A stretch of 64,000 nucleotides of DNA from Strigamia acuminata. Its lineage: Eukaryota. The notes under the pieces are model-generated. The model had not been told where the DNA came from. It ran no database searches and saw only the letters and a list, made by a program, of their open reading frames with translations. Made by a program: the position numbers and the translations under genes. The DNA lies in the NCBI GenBank assembly GCA_949358305.1, contig OX442314.1:26598001-26662000 (forward strand), in the 5' to 3' direction. Numbering within the stretch: position 1 is the stretch's first letter; every line of letters starts with the position of its first letter. This document shows positions 20,901 to 30,200 of this stretch, one piece after another.

Positions 20901-23723
20901 AGCCTAAGGGGGGAGGGATGTCACGGGCAGGTTACCCACCCTTCTTTTTATTCATTTCTAACTTAGACTGACCCAATCTTAAGTTTTCTTATTTTTTCCC
21001 AATCTTCCTTTTCATCTAACATCGATGAATCATCTCTAAATATATGCGCAGCTTCATTGCGCGCATCTTATTATTTCCAACAATTAACCTTATTTTATAC
21101 CTTTCACCCCTCATCCATTTCAATCGACCTGGTCACATGACTCATGTTTACCTGGTCACTACTTTTATCCATAATCCACACTTCTCATACTTCTCTCAAC
21201 GAGTTAACACCTCTTAGATTGAATTGAGTTTGTCCATCTTTATTTGCGCTTTAACACGCGCACCTTCTAATTTAACACTTAATAGCGCCTCTTTTTGCCC
21301 ACCTTTTATCCCTTCGCATGCCTGTGACATCCTACGCCCACCCGCATATGAATATCACTGTGCATACTCATTCTTTTTAAACGTAAAGACCCTCAACGTG
21401 AGATTGAGCCCGTCGAATATAAATAATGTGTGTTACAGCGAGTTAGGTTTATTCACCGTCCGATATCCGCATATGACGATGGAACAAACAGAGTAAATCT
21501 ACGAACTTTGCCCACTGGTTTGCGCTAACATCACCTTGCGCGTAAATTCAGATCAAATCAATTAAACATCTAAGTTGATTCGTAACAAGAGTTTCGACTG
21601 TATGCGCATATAATACGCACCAAAAATTTCAATATATGCTAAAAAAAAAAGTGAAATATGCAAAATAAAAAATTTTATTTTAGTGAAATCATTTATTACA
21701 ATAACAAATTAGTGCCATTTCTAAGTGCTGTGTGGTAAAACCGTGTCGTTTGTCAGTAAGCACAGATTTAAATTGCGAAAAAAATCGTTCAACATCGCAA
21801 CTGGTGATAAGGGCATATGTAAATTTGGCAATTTCAGAAGTAGTATAATTCTGTAGTATAGACTCGTAATGTGTTTTTGTCAACGTACATTTTTAATTGT
21901 TCCCGACTTCGAATTGATAATTTTCGGCATTGTTTCAAACGAATTATACTAAAATGCACATGCATGTGCTATTTAAATACAGAAACAGTGATACGTAAAC
22001 AAAACATATCACAACAGACAGTACGTATCATGTTCGTACCGTATTACCCCGCCTATTGCCGCATGCCGGTGTAGTGCGAGTATTACCGGCATGCCGATAA
22101 ACCCCGTTTTTAACGGCATGCCGATGTAAATAAATACAAATTTTTTTTTCACCGTATCATCCATTATACGCCCATTATACGTTTACTTCTTCACCGGTGC
22201 ACAGTGTTTGTTAGCTTTGACTGTATTCGTTTTTTTCCAACAATGGACGTGGTTACTACAGCAACAAACAAACGGAAGCAATTTTCGTTTATTTTAAGCA
22301 ATTTTCGTTCATTTTAAGCCATTTTCACCCACTTTTCGTTCATTTTAAGCAATTTTCACCCAATTTTCGTTCATTTTAAGCAATTTTCACCCAATTTTCG
22401 TTCATTTTAAGCAATCTTCGTTCATTTTAAGCAATTTTCGTTCATTTTAAGCAATTTTCACCCAATTTTCGTTCATTTTAAGCAATCTTCGTTCATTTTA
22501 AGCAATTTTCGTTCATTTTAAGCAATTTTCACCCAATTTTCGTTCATTTTAAGCAATCTTCGTTCATTTTAAGCAATTTTCGTTCATTTTAAGCAATTTT
22601 CACTTATACCGGCATGTTTTGGTCTATACCGGCATGCCGGTATAGACTTTTTACGAACGATTTCAAAACAGTCATAAACCCATGCCCAACGGCATGCCGC
22701 AATAGGCGGGGTAATACGGTACCTTAAAAAATAGCAATATATGCATTTATTTTCCGATTTTCGGAAAATATGCAATATAAGCCAATTTCGGCTAAATATG
22801 CAAAATACATATGAAGTATGCATTTATGCATTTATCCGGGGTCTACTAATCGCTAACCTTGTCATGTTGCCAGTAAAGGTACACTGGTGTGCCTGCCACG
22901 CTTACTTGGTCGACTGCCATTGCCTTTTACAATAATCTGAGCATTTTATTTTAGTAGACTTCAATAATTCGAGCAAAATATTTAGTTCATTGCTACTTCT
23001 ATTCACTTTTTGCATCATGTCAGCTTATAATGCAGTTCTGTACGCTTCTTTCACTGTAAAACCAAGAGCCAATACGTTCGAAACTTTAGAAGATTTAATA
23101 AAAGATGGAGGATTTGTGTTCTATGCTCATGAAGATTTTGAAATCCACAATATTGCAAAAGTAAGCTTTATTTTATTTTTCTAAATTTTTGGAGTTATTA
23201 ATGAATTTTTACAGCATGCCAAAGCAGGCCACCTCAAAGTTTTACATCATTTACTGAGTAAAAGTCAAAATGGTGGAAAAATATCCAATTTCGAAGATAT
23301 TTATGAATCCGTCATATCAAAACCACACGCATTCATTCACTACATGAATTTATTCAAACACGACCTGCAACACGATTGCAGACATCATCTAATTAAAATG
23401 CCCGATAGCATCGGTCTGTCAATAGTGTTTAGTAAAAGATCAAAATTTGTCGAAGTATTCACCCAAAAGTAAGTGAAGGAAGCGATCGATTCGTTTATAC
23501 ATTTCTCAATGTACTCGCTTCTAGATTGATATTAATTCGAGAGTACGGTCTTCTCACTGCATTGGATAAGACTTACACACCAGAAAGACGTTGCAATGTT
23601 AATTACAATTTGATTAAACCATTCACAATACGTCAAACAATAAGTGCATTTATTGTTTTGTTAGCAGGGATTGGTGTTTCTTTTATCCTTCTTTTAATTG
23701 AACAGGTAAAAATAAATAAATAA
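5972..23723 (+). CDS. Divergent ionotropic receptor copy 2 (multi-exon, frame intact, ~14-kb intron 8994-22957)
   Basis: Exons ~5972-6044, 6166-6276, 7106-7272, 7329-7484, 7646-7804, 7861-7970, 8028-8091, 8735-8993, 22958-23160, 23215-23468, 23525-23705 splice in frame at GT-AG. Signal peptide, S1 (GFVYDLL), PFS..MW/M1, SAYNAVLYASFT (SYTANLAAF-like M3), S2 and M4 are all present. The terminal exon is uncertain (stop at 23723, or alternative exon 23755-24078). Confidence 0.75.
9217..10803. mobile_element. TIR non-autonomous element (PHIS/Harbinger-like or TA-TSD type)
   Basis: TIRs AGGGGGTTTCATTA / TAATGAAACCCCCT with ATT on both sides (or TA if the TIR starts at G). Subterminal TTTTGCA/TGCAAAA repeats. 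Confidence 0.65.
9694..10448. mobile_element. Tc1/mariner-type MITE with ~250-bp TIRs
   Basis: CAGGGTGAGTC...GACTCACCCTG|TA. 9694-9930 is the near-perfect reverse complement of 10215-10448. Confidence 0.8.
11254..11922 (+). repeat. Gypsy-A 5' LTR
   Basis: TGTCACGGGC...GATTCGTAACA, repeated at 20919-21587. Confidence 0.95.
11927..11947 (+). promoter_or_regulatory. Primer-binding site, tRNA-Arg(ACG)-like
   Basis: TGGCGAGCCTGACAGGATTCG is the reverse complement of CGAATCCTGTCAGGCTCG-CCA, similar to metazoan tRNA-Arg(ACG) 3' ends. tRNA identity is from recall. Confidence 0.65.
12027..13997 (+). CDS. gag: Gypsy-A Gag (656 aa)
   Basis: First ORF after the PBS. Retrotrans_gag-like core (PPLFDP...GRAQRWW...TWEDFEILFRRAF...RKQRNGES). 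No canonical CCHC knuckle. Confidence 0.85.
   Translation: MSRQLGGDGIRPVTRDPFDFSELEMEQEWQQSERRSGVRREEEREFREWQQHNQLRRSRIEQQETLVSIAQQQPAPSNHITTMAVVNSRAQPQVNFATSTPADFLAAPSFFDSAQPRALVDPVTLNTEGLLMSDLRNQYYAQTRGLVNEIREIFQQGPRSLQTGTARSLDGGSSHGSIRVKGTSAPYDLGLPAACPHQYREVEHRGQQTRTSAQAAQIVYTTTTPPMPAMATIYTQAPSQEPAQLDSTTRANRDLMSSMLYSKMGYPRDRSDTKAKLSLPSVRVQHASKDKNCFKPGKPPLFDPDKADLDYIDLFLGHLYAHMYSMQAPVDEYLKVFVIQATRGRAQRWWLSLKPKPKTWEDFEILFRRAFAMNSAAANVKLSKRKQRNGESTMSFLSEIVYYLQVAGYTDPELQWEKAQNMMQTEVVLLLRAWNVNSLDEAIQRGNDIDNRLQLDTIRADEYKDLGMADQRMPSLRDAQRPTVLKAAEKSKGDDVVKSLVSQDVKRFARYRKQFLIELAAVQARPEQSPPVQEPDSSSSSSDTDAEPEIKKSTVAEAAQKATIKINLAALTPPTDVPKDHVCSTSIVTFPPAPKPPLTVKCPEKGTAWRKTPKDWWYLVDTATWHPLCPICYQPFRRPENSKGLKFGKPVEPGRK
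13943..14007 (+). promoter_or_regulatory. Putative -1 ribosomal frameshift signal (G_GAA_AAC plus H-type pseudoknot)
   Basis: Slippery heptamer 13943-13949 and 6-nt spacer. Stem GGCCTG (13956-61)/CAGGCC (13984-89); loop GCCGGT (13973-78) can pair with ACCGGC (14002-07). The -1 frame is open from just upstream of the heptamer into pol. Confidence 0.6.
13994..19075 (+). CDS. pol: Gypsy-A Pol (protease, RT, RNase H, long disordered insert, integrase with truncated C-terminus)
   Basis: LLDSGA protease; RMPFGP and YIDD RT; LQTDAS...ADALSR RNase H; H..GH..C..C zinc domain; IYID/SDN/AER integrase triad. Stops before the GPY/F region. Confidence 0.93.
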   Translation: MSRPAFRAKRLKSKRRASPLINLKEDNPSQVNSTTTPTVITLSEYKPVSSVISSSPSIITSATKASDLQTAVSEAVKDKLPKLTDLQPVISKKNSKVTIVSKITKTLPIIKSTSSATTTEAPKEVISPMKVSFVMLTPEELKDTQEPIIEITRGDRLCKKAPCVKISWANVACTALLDSGAQTCVMSEDVFQQLHEKMGLDFVNLHERVQVASGDIVDSTKSMQLALRAPIGIIKFICMVLPDAKMDMLLGRDFCTAAGIDIDHARQQWSMVGSNEIRKFMTYEEAKKSESILVLPFAPEETQDPSNPPAAISEIVPTKILKKPDPVSEINCLLLAHRPLQQEIFEYPHDDARYRVKQIRHRAQRKWSNIWSPKRKETSKIPPKLKKTISRKLTLSQFRRLRRLRRKINVIRPIAKQLIAQRAKDINAKKESKINVTSTAQPDNGENNSKMNINDINFLQYQPSGDPTDLDWIYHQLWNKLTVPQIKLLIKTLQPISQIFREEIGLCNNTEYEVNLKPDFRPIHVPVRPVNPAKKAIIDIYIDKKLQQGIIRRSQSDCAVAPVVVPKKTGEWRTAMDFRPINAQTIPDVYPLPDIDNIFAYLGGAHWFSIIDGREAFHQIGVRKGDERYLAIITHRGLFEYVRMPFGPINGPATLQRAMNKTLAKYLYKFVFVYIDDVIIFSRTFEEHVQHLRLVLEELFNAGFTMNANKTELCQKRLEVLGHIVESSQITPNPKKVVAIQNYPAPTNLRELQRFKGMVGYYQFFIANFSKISEVFRPLLKKDAVWIWTDAQQLAFEYLKDQIAIPTLKRRFPSWKKPFILQTDASYSGLGAALMQLNDEGVRIPIAFASRALNSAEKNYKVTEIECLAAVWGVKRFRAYLEMMPFYLESDHQSLKWLFQQREPTGRLARWVLSLSDYKFTFLHCSGCKNKVADALSRAPVDPPEVDDEDDSPEVDEACYLAYFDDCNEWPALNIIKELPKNINLQFRKLFKSKFKKVPLIAASSPTKKKNKRKSLIPRPTGKGKRTRNAPTSGAQIPSPTDVATTPTTVPPPTIPPAAPTPVVQPTVTSNMPVPVAQPTSQVKTPNLSPVRVSVPLRTRRQRSLIPILIKKRGRPRKINIVPILSPRAKRAIATRTQARLKDPSLIPKTPPWLPPRYAGTIKKWTFPKLLKSQQVGRLKAVKRKSTIPSHIVKPKTIQIPLPIPTPPATPISTPIPSSVPPPAIIPTKIPAPINPSSFRKRTASAPSQLPTPGTLVDKIRRNFRRITGVPAPIIQPDSHRRPIPKPSPEIPNLPTPSPTPSIPITDFPAISPRQPSEPVMYGYAAGPSEQQRPGGYTSDPDSDSTSSEDSFGPFRDMSPPTRNYYAPPTSAQRTPSRLRLRRERTVIEDTRTEVEKQAELEHDPPIEHPPFELLPTAAEIIAAQRQDPWSRELIFYLTAQMLPLDPDEAAKIVADAQDFGMYKEMLCRFPPVHINEIRKRRQIYLPFELRERYFRAMHYPPVVGHMGQERILHRIKSRVFWPKMREDIRTWIQVCEACQRAKPLNRLPYGKMIMSRSRHLFSAIYIDYYGKKPRSTEGHCYAFVMVDSASRWLDVRLTENSNIATTVKQIQKFCKRWGFPKIIISDNAPAFRSPEFRSQIQQLGAINRYTAAYHPQGNIAERLNQSLKNCILAYIDDDHTRWDVNIGYFVMS
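20919..21587 (+). repeat. Gypsy-A 3' LTR
   Basis: Preceded by PPT AAGGGGGGAGGGA; near-identical to the 5' LTR. Confidence 0.95.
22039..22719. mobile_element. MITE (CCGTA...TACGG, TA TSD) carrying an internal minisatellite
   Basis: TA|CCGTATTACCCCGCCTATTGC ... GCAATAGGCGGGGTAATACGG|TA. Confidence 0.8.
22277..22603. repeat. Minisatellite, 20-bp AAGCAATTTTCGTTCATTTT with CACCC-containing variants
   Basis: More than 12 tandem units are directly visible. Confidence 0.9.
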
Positions 23724-24070
23724 ATAAATAAATAATTTAATTCTTTTTCATAAGATTAGAGAAGTACATCCAGAATTAATAGAGAAGCTGAAATCACTTC
23801 CGTTTGATCTCATAAAAGTGATTAAATCAACTGCTATTTTCTTACACAAATGTACAAGTGAAGTAAAGTTTTCAACAAAGCTGTGTTATACTATACAATA
23901 TATTGTAATATCAATTGTTACGATGTTTAGGGGTTTGAACACATCTACAGATGCATGTTTAAAAGCCATGGTGCTGAAGACAGTGCAACCCAATAACCAT
24001 CACCAGTATTATTGCATGGATAAAACAACCAATCAAATTACGTCTGAAATTCACACAATACATGAATCTA

Positions 24071-24833
24071 CTGGGTGAACAAAAAGTCAGGTTCTCTACT
24101 AAATAGTTCTGAAAGTGCTGAGAATGCATCTACTCGTAATTCAATGATGGCAAAGTAATAAAGTTAGGTGGGGCAATCTTTTGGTGACCCAAAATTTGAC
24201 CTTGGAATGTTTCTTCAAGGTCATTTTAAAATTATCTCGGAAACTGTCAGAGATAGACAGAAAGTTTCAATTGTAAACTTGTAGAGCAACATTTGTTTAG
24301 TCTAAAAATAACTAATTCTCAAATCTTTTAAACTAAAAACTTTTAAGAAAATTACAATTGAAAAAGTAGACACAAGTCAAAGGATAACATGGCCAAAATT
24401 GAAAAAGTGTCAAAAATGTGCTGATCAGACGTAAAATGGCCCAAAAAAATCGATTCCACTGGTTGGAATTTGCATATCTGGCACCGTTGCAGAGATATGG
24501 GTAGAAAACTGAATTTTTTTTATAACTTTTTCTTTTCAAAACTACTTTTTCAATTGCGATTTTCTTAAAATTTTTAGTACAAAAGATTTCAGAATTAGTC
24601 ATTTTTAGACTAAACAAATGTTGCTCTACAAGTTTATAATTGGAAATTTCTGTCTATCTCTAACGGTTCCCAAGATAATTTTCAAATGACCTTGAAGGAA
24701 CATCCCACGGTCAAATTCCGGGTCACCAAAAGATTGCCCCACCCAACTTTAATACTTTGCTATCATTGAATTAGATGCATTGTCAGCACTTGCAGAAATA
24801 TTTAGTAGAGAACCAGACTTTTTGTTCACCCTG
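24071..24833. mobile_element. Tc1/mariner-type MITE with long TIRs
   Basis: TA|CTGGGTGAACAAAAAGTC ... GACTTTTTGTTCACCCTG|TA with ~240-bp inverted arms. Related to 9694-10448 and to the partial copy at 43729-43985. Confidence 0.8.
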
Positions 24834-27224
24834 TATAATTACGCAAGCAGCTGCATCAAACAGGAATAAAGCAAAGTGCACAAATGTCAACAATTAAGAG
24901 ATACTTTTATAATGTTTTAACAAATATTTGGCTGTAACTAGAAATTCCTGAAAAATAAAATTCTTAGCTCCTCCTACGTAATGTAAAGTAACCAAAAATA
25001 TATTGTAACACTAAATTCCCACTAGTTTCCCAAAACATTTAGCCGAAAGGCTAACCAAAATGTTGCTAGTTTATGTACAGAGCTGACAAGTGAGACTAGC
25101 AAGTTTACATGAATTGAGTGCTACCTGCTAATCGGCCTAATACCATGTACAATTTATAGTTAATGCATTCATCTGGTTAATAGTTTTTCTATAGTTCTGT
25201 GAGAACCGAGACTTGTGAAGATGAAGCAACTAATGAGTTTATTTCAGGCTGAATAATTTTAAGGAAGGGTTGGGCAAAGTACAAGTGCAAAGTACAATAA
25301 TTACACACTGGGCATAGAAATCGAGAAAGCAATCGAGCTTTTTGAACAGGCTTTTCGCTAGTTGGAAATATGGCGCAGTTCTTCCCTGGAAACCTGCTGC
25401 ATCAAACTAACTCGTAATATTACGGTATTGCACTATTGGATTTCCCATATAGTTCATTAAATTTGATCAACCTCTCTTGCAACTCCGATAGACATCTCCG
25501 TGTATTACCATTTCTTCAGGTTCGGCCCCGAGGTAACTTCGTCCAGGAATTTATTCCCTGCCTGCCATGAGCCATCGATCTTCATTAAATGTAACTTCGA
25601 CCATTTTATATTCAAGTTTTTTTTTACAGTATTTCCATTTATTGGCTGAATATTTGTTTAATAGCCAGTCGTTATATCCATCTCGATTATTTGTGTTCCC
25701 ACTTTTCACATGTCAGTGCAGCTGATGCGTTAAGCCTAGTTCACCTGCATGCGCACGCAGTAGCGCACAAAATTTACGCGTTGGCACTGCAAAATAGTTC
25801 ACATGCATCGCATGTGACGAAGCAGCTTTGGCGCGTTAACGCATGCATGTAAACTAGCCTTTACAAGATCCACCCAGATGTTGCTGGCATTTTATACAAT
25901 CTAATGTGTTCAGCATGCGGCTTAACTATTTAAAACAACTACGGAATTCGAGCAATTAATTACGGATATCGTTTTCCCTTATTAAATATTAAATTAATTA
26001 ATAATAAATAAATAATAAATAAAATAAATTACCTCGAATAAAAATCGCAGCTTGGTGCGTGTTGAATAAATTCGCTTTCTGGAAGATTATCTTTGCATTT
26101 TTGAATTAAATTCTCTCTCAAGAGCCCAATAATCTGACCACATTTTCCGGTAATCGTCATCAATCATGATCTTTCACGGTTTATAATGAAAACAAAGTTG
26201 TTGTTGTTAGAAGACAAAGAACTTCGACTGCAACAACCACTTCAAAACGGCCACCATTCTCTGTTTTCAATATTCACCACTAGACTTCGTACGCGGAAAT
26301 AATTTAGTCCAGGATTGATCTATTTTTCCCCTTTGGATGAAATAAATAATAATAATAATCAAATTAGAACAGTATTCGTAAAAAATTGTCGAGGTTGTCG
26401 GAATTTTACCTATAGTCCGACCGAAAGCAGAAGTTACCGACAGATTGAATTGTGGGTACAATTGCCGGCAAGCTCTCGCATTGATGTGCATTTTTACAAC
26501 GTTATTTAGTTTACTCGAGGATTGATCCCATATTAAAATTGTCCCTCCAAAACAAGGGGCATAACGGGGTCAGTTGGTGTTGCTCAACACCCTGTTCAGT
26601 CCTTTAATGGCCGGTTTTCGATGACGATTGACGAGCCTTAAAATCAAGCCTAATCATGAAATAAAATTCTTACTCAAATTCCAAATGGTTTTTAAGACAC
26701 TGTCGTATTTAAGGAAAAGAAGAATTTTATTATTTGGTGATTTTGCATTACTCACAAAATTGGTCATTTTTGATGCCCACAAATTTAATCTCATGATTTT
26801 CCATTTTTAAGATTTCATGATTCTGTAAAGAATCATCGGATGATCCAATCAACTCTAAAATGTGATACAGGAAAAACTGATTAAAAATTCATATGACACA
26901 GAACAAAAAAATTTTAATTTAGCCCATATTTCCTTGCCAAAATCACAAAAAAAAATAACTTGTGCTTGATCTTGTGATTTTGCACGTTTCCTCTACCATA
27001 TTTTCGCAATTATGAATACAATCGATGAAACCGTTATCGCATAAGTCCAAAGTGCAAAATTGCATTCACAAAATAGATAATGTTATGAAACCCGTCACTT
27101 TATTTATTTATTTTCAATGAATAAATTACAAATGATATGAAAAGTTTATTCCTGTACAAAAGGAAAAAAATATTTAAAAAAAAATACATATACTGTATAA
27201 TAACAGTAACACGAACGACCATCA

Positions 27225-30200
27225 TCAGCCGTTGATTCTTGTGAAGCTTAACTTTGCTTCCGACAGGGCCAAATTTTGTAAACGGTATTGATTCCCCATA
27301 GGAACAAGAAAAACATCACCTTTCTTTGCAACAAACGAACTGCAGTGCACAGTGGCAGTAACATTTCCCGATATCACATTGAAAATCTAAAAACACAACA
27401 AAAATGTTATTAAAACATTTTAAAATAGACAAATATGTGTATATTTTTTACCATAGAATGCTTTCTTAGTCGTTCCGCCTGTTTTACGCACTTCGGTCTA
27501 ATAAATAAAAACCCAAAAGAAAACGCCGTATGTTTCAAGTTCACGCTCATGACGTAGGGATCGCTCGATGCAGCCGGAGCACCATCTGGCCCGCAAAATT
27601 CAACCGACGGGAATTTGCTGAATAAATCTGAAAAAAAAAATTATTATTAGAATTTTAATTAATTTTTAATCTATAAAATACAACCGATGTAAACAATTTC
27701 GTTGGTGTCTGGATTAATCACTGGAAGCGCCTCGACCGGAGCCGACACGACGCTTTTATCCACGAGTAAATTATCCTCACTCTGGTGTGGATCTGCGTCT
27801 TGTTTAGTCTTTTTGAAGACTGCTATTCAAAAGTAAAAATTTATCAATTACGATTAATTCACTTTAAAAGAATAATGAAAACCTTTAGCACGTTTTTTCT
27901 TTAAAACGTTGCTGTGAGGATCCGGGATGGGCGTCGATATCGAATCAATGACGAATAAACCCATCGGGTCTAATCTGTATCTGGGTCTTTCCCAATCCCA
28001 AGTGGCTAGACGTGGCATTCGAGTGCGTTTTGAGCGCCGTAGATTCTCATCTTCGTTTTCTTTCGGAATAACTAAAAAATATTTTTTTTTATATAAATAT
28101 TTTCTTATTTTTACATCAACGAGTATGATTTTTTGGTCTGTTTACTTAATTGTTTCCTCAAGAGAGGATCTTGCACTTGCTCGGTTGTTTGTGGCACGCG
28201 CTTTGTTCGCCGAGATTTACCTCTACTTGAGGACTTCGTTCCGACGTTTTGTGAATCTTGAATTTTACAAATAAAATTCAACAAAATTATTAATTTTAAT
28301 AAGTAACAACAAATTGCGGTTTTTTTGTTCAAAATCTACAGAATTTCGAGAAAAAAAATTATATTTTTATTTTCTGTTAGGAAAAATTTCTATATCTTTA
28401 ACAAATTAAAGGCAAATTTGTTCAATTAAAAATAATTCCGATAAACATTTACCAATTTTGTTCAACATCAACAAATATTTACCGTATTTCCTTCGCTGAG
28501 ATTTACGTCGACTTGAGGGCTTTGTTCCAACGTTTTGCAAGACGGGTGAATCTGAAATTTTACAAATAAAATTCAACAAAATTATCACCTTTTAATAAAC
28601 GACAACAAATTGGAAGAATTTTTAGTTCAAAGTCTACACAATTTCGAACAATTTCAAAAATTGGATTTATCGATTTATCCAGAGCCCCAATTCGCACCTG
28701 ACAATAAGGAAGACCCCCGAGTCACACCTGCTGCAAACTTTGGCTTCGCCGCCCCCTTAGTCCGCTCATCTCTATTTTTCCCAGACTGAACACGCTGACC
28801 TACCGAAAAAATAAAAATACTTTTCAACAAACAATAATTTCTAAATAACAACTTCCTTACTTCCAACTTCATCACGAATTTTCACCAAACCATTCCTCGA
28901 CCTGTTCTGTACACCTGACCTGCTATCCACCTTATTTGGGCTTATTTTCTCCTCCTCGTCCACATTTGGGCTTATTTCCTCCTCCTCGTCCACATTTGGG
29001 CTTATTTGCTCCTCCTCGTCCACATTTAGGCTTATTTCCCTTAACCGGAGACTCCTTCTTAACCCATGCTCCTCGCTTCCGTCATTTACACTAATTTCAT
29101 GACTAAAGCTCACAGTCGCTATAGCCTGACTCTTATTTAGACTTAATTTCTTCCTCAGCGGGCCTCTTCTCGGCACCGGTTCTGCGATGACCTTCTCGAG
29201 GCTCGTTGGCTTTCTGCGCCGATTACTCGAACTCTGTTCATCGGTGATCTTGTTTAAACTTTCTCGCAACACCTGTTTGTCGACCGCCTTCTTCGTTTTC
29301 TGACTTCTTCCAGGCACCTGTTCTTCGGTGACGTCATGGTCCCGTCTTGGCCCCTTTACTTCGACGACGTTTTTAGCATTTATGCTCTGGCTCCTCAGAT
29401 TCCGTCTGGCCGGCTGTTCTGCAGGTTTAGTTTTTTTATTGCGCGCAGCGACGGCCTTCTTCGTCCCATTAATCTTTTTCGTCTTCCCGGCACTTCCTTT
29501 CGTTGATTTCAAACGTTTTCCGGTCGGAATTTTTGCTTTCGAAACCTCGGTCGAGGTTTCATCGTCCTTGTAGCCGCTCGCAGCATCGCTGTCTCCTCGT
29601 CCTTCGTGAAACGAAGACAATTCGGCCGTAACATTCTTTTTCTTTATCGGCAACTTGATTCGGTTTCTGCCCAACGATTCATCCTGAATGTCTTCATCTT
29701 CGACGACTTCGTCCAACGTTTTAAAGGTTCTTTGAGCATCGTAGGAGAACTTGGCGTAGTGATTCAACCTCCGGAATCGTCCGTCCGTCAATGTATCGTC
29801 TAACCACTCGTGTAATCGCGATCTTTGCTCGGCTGGCGATGGACTGTGGTCAATTTTTAAGACATTTTCGTGTATCGCTTTTCTTTTCTTCACCAGTTTC
29901 ATGTTTTCGTAAAGGCTTTTCAACATGTAACTTGGCTGGTCGGGCGGAAGCTCGAAATCGGCGTCGAGCCTCTCGTCTAAGTCTAAATTCAAAGTTTCGT
30001 TGCAATATTTTTCGCCGTTAGATCTTTTGTGAGAGTTTGTGCGACTCGAAGTTCGAACTTGGGCCGTTTTCTCGTTTCCTGAGTCCAGTTGTTTGGAATT
30101 AACAATTCTGTCGCAGATTTTCATACTGTTTTCAACCAACTGGTGTCGATTGAACGATTTCTGCGAACGATTTAGATGTGCTTCCACACTTGGTTGGATT

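Larger units (their letters stand above)
11254..21587 (+). mobile_element. Ty3/Gypsy LTR retrotransposon 'Gypsy-A', both LTRs present, recent insertion
   Basis: 669-bp LTRs 11254-11922 and 20919-21587 (TG...CA; I found only 2 differences). 4-bp TSD AGAG, PBS at 11927, PPT at ~20906-20918, and gag plus pol in PR-RT-RH-IN order. Confidence 0.96.
9103..21600. mobile_element. pogo/Tigger-like MITE, interrupted by further insertions
   Basis: TA | CAGTCGAAACTCTTTATAA ... TTATAAAGAGTTTCGACTG | TA. The right TIR is split by Gypsy-A. Subterminal TTCGTTATA(A/T) repeats at ~11065-11250. Confidence 0.8.
9065..22845 (-). mobile_element. Non-autonomous hAT-type DNA transposon (outer shell of the nested insertion)
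   Basis: 13-bp TIRs TAGACCCCGGATA / TATCCGGGGTCTA, perfect 8-bp TSD CTAATCGC (9057-9064, 22846-22853), and a transposase C-terminal remnant (TSCDVERFFSQFKSVLTDKRH) at 21689-21883 on the minus strand. Confidence 0.85.

Noticed and set aside
22277..22603. Regular short repeats suggesting a CRISPR array
   Set aside because: Head-to-tail minisatellite with no unique spacers, no cas genes and a eukaryotic context.
25300..26170. Possible minus-strand gene (MTITGKCGQIIG... exon with a GT donor, plus a GC-richer block)
   Set aside because: The downstream block has stops in the frames I read and no recognisable homology, so no call can be supported.
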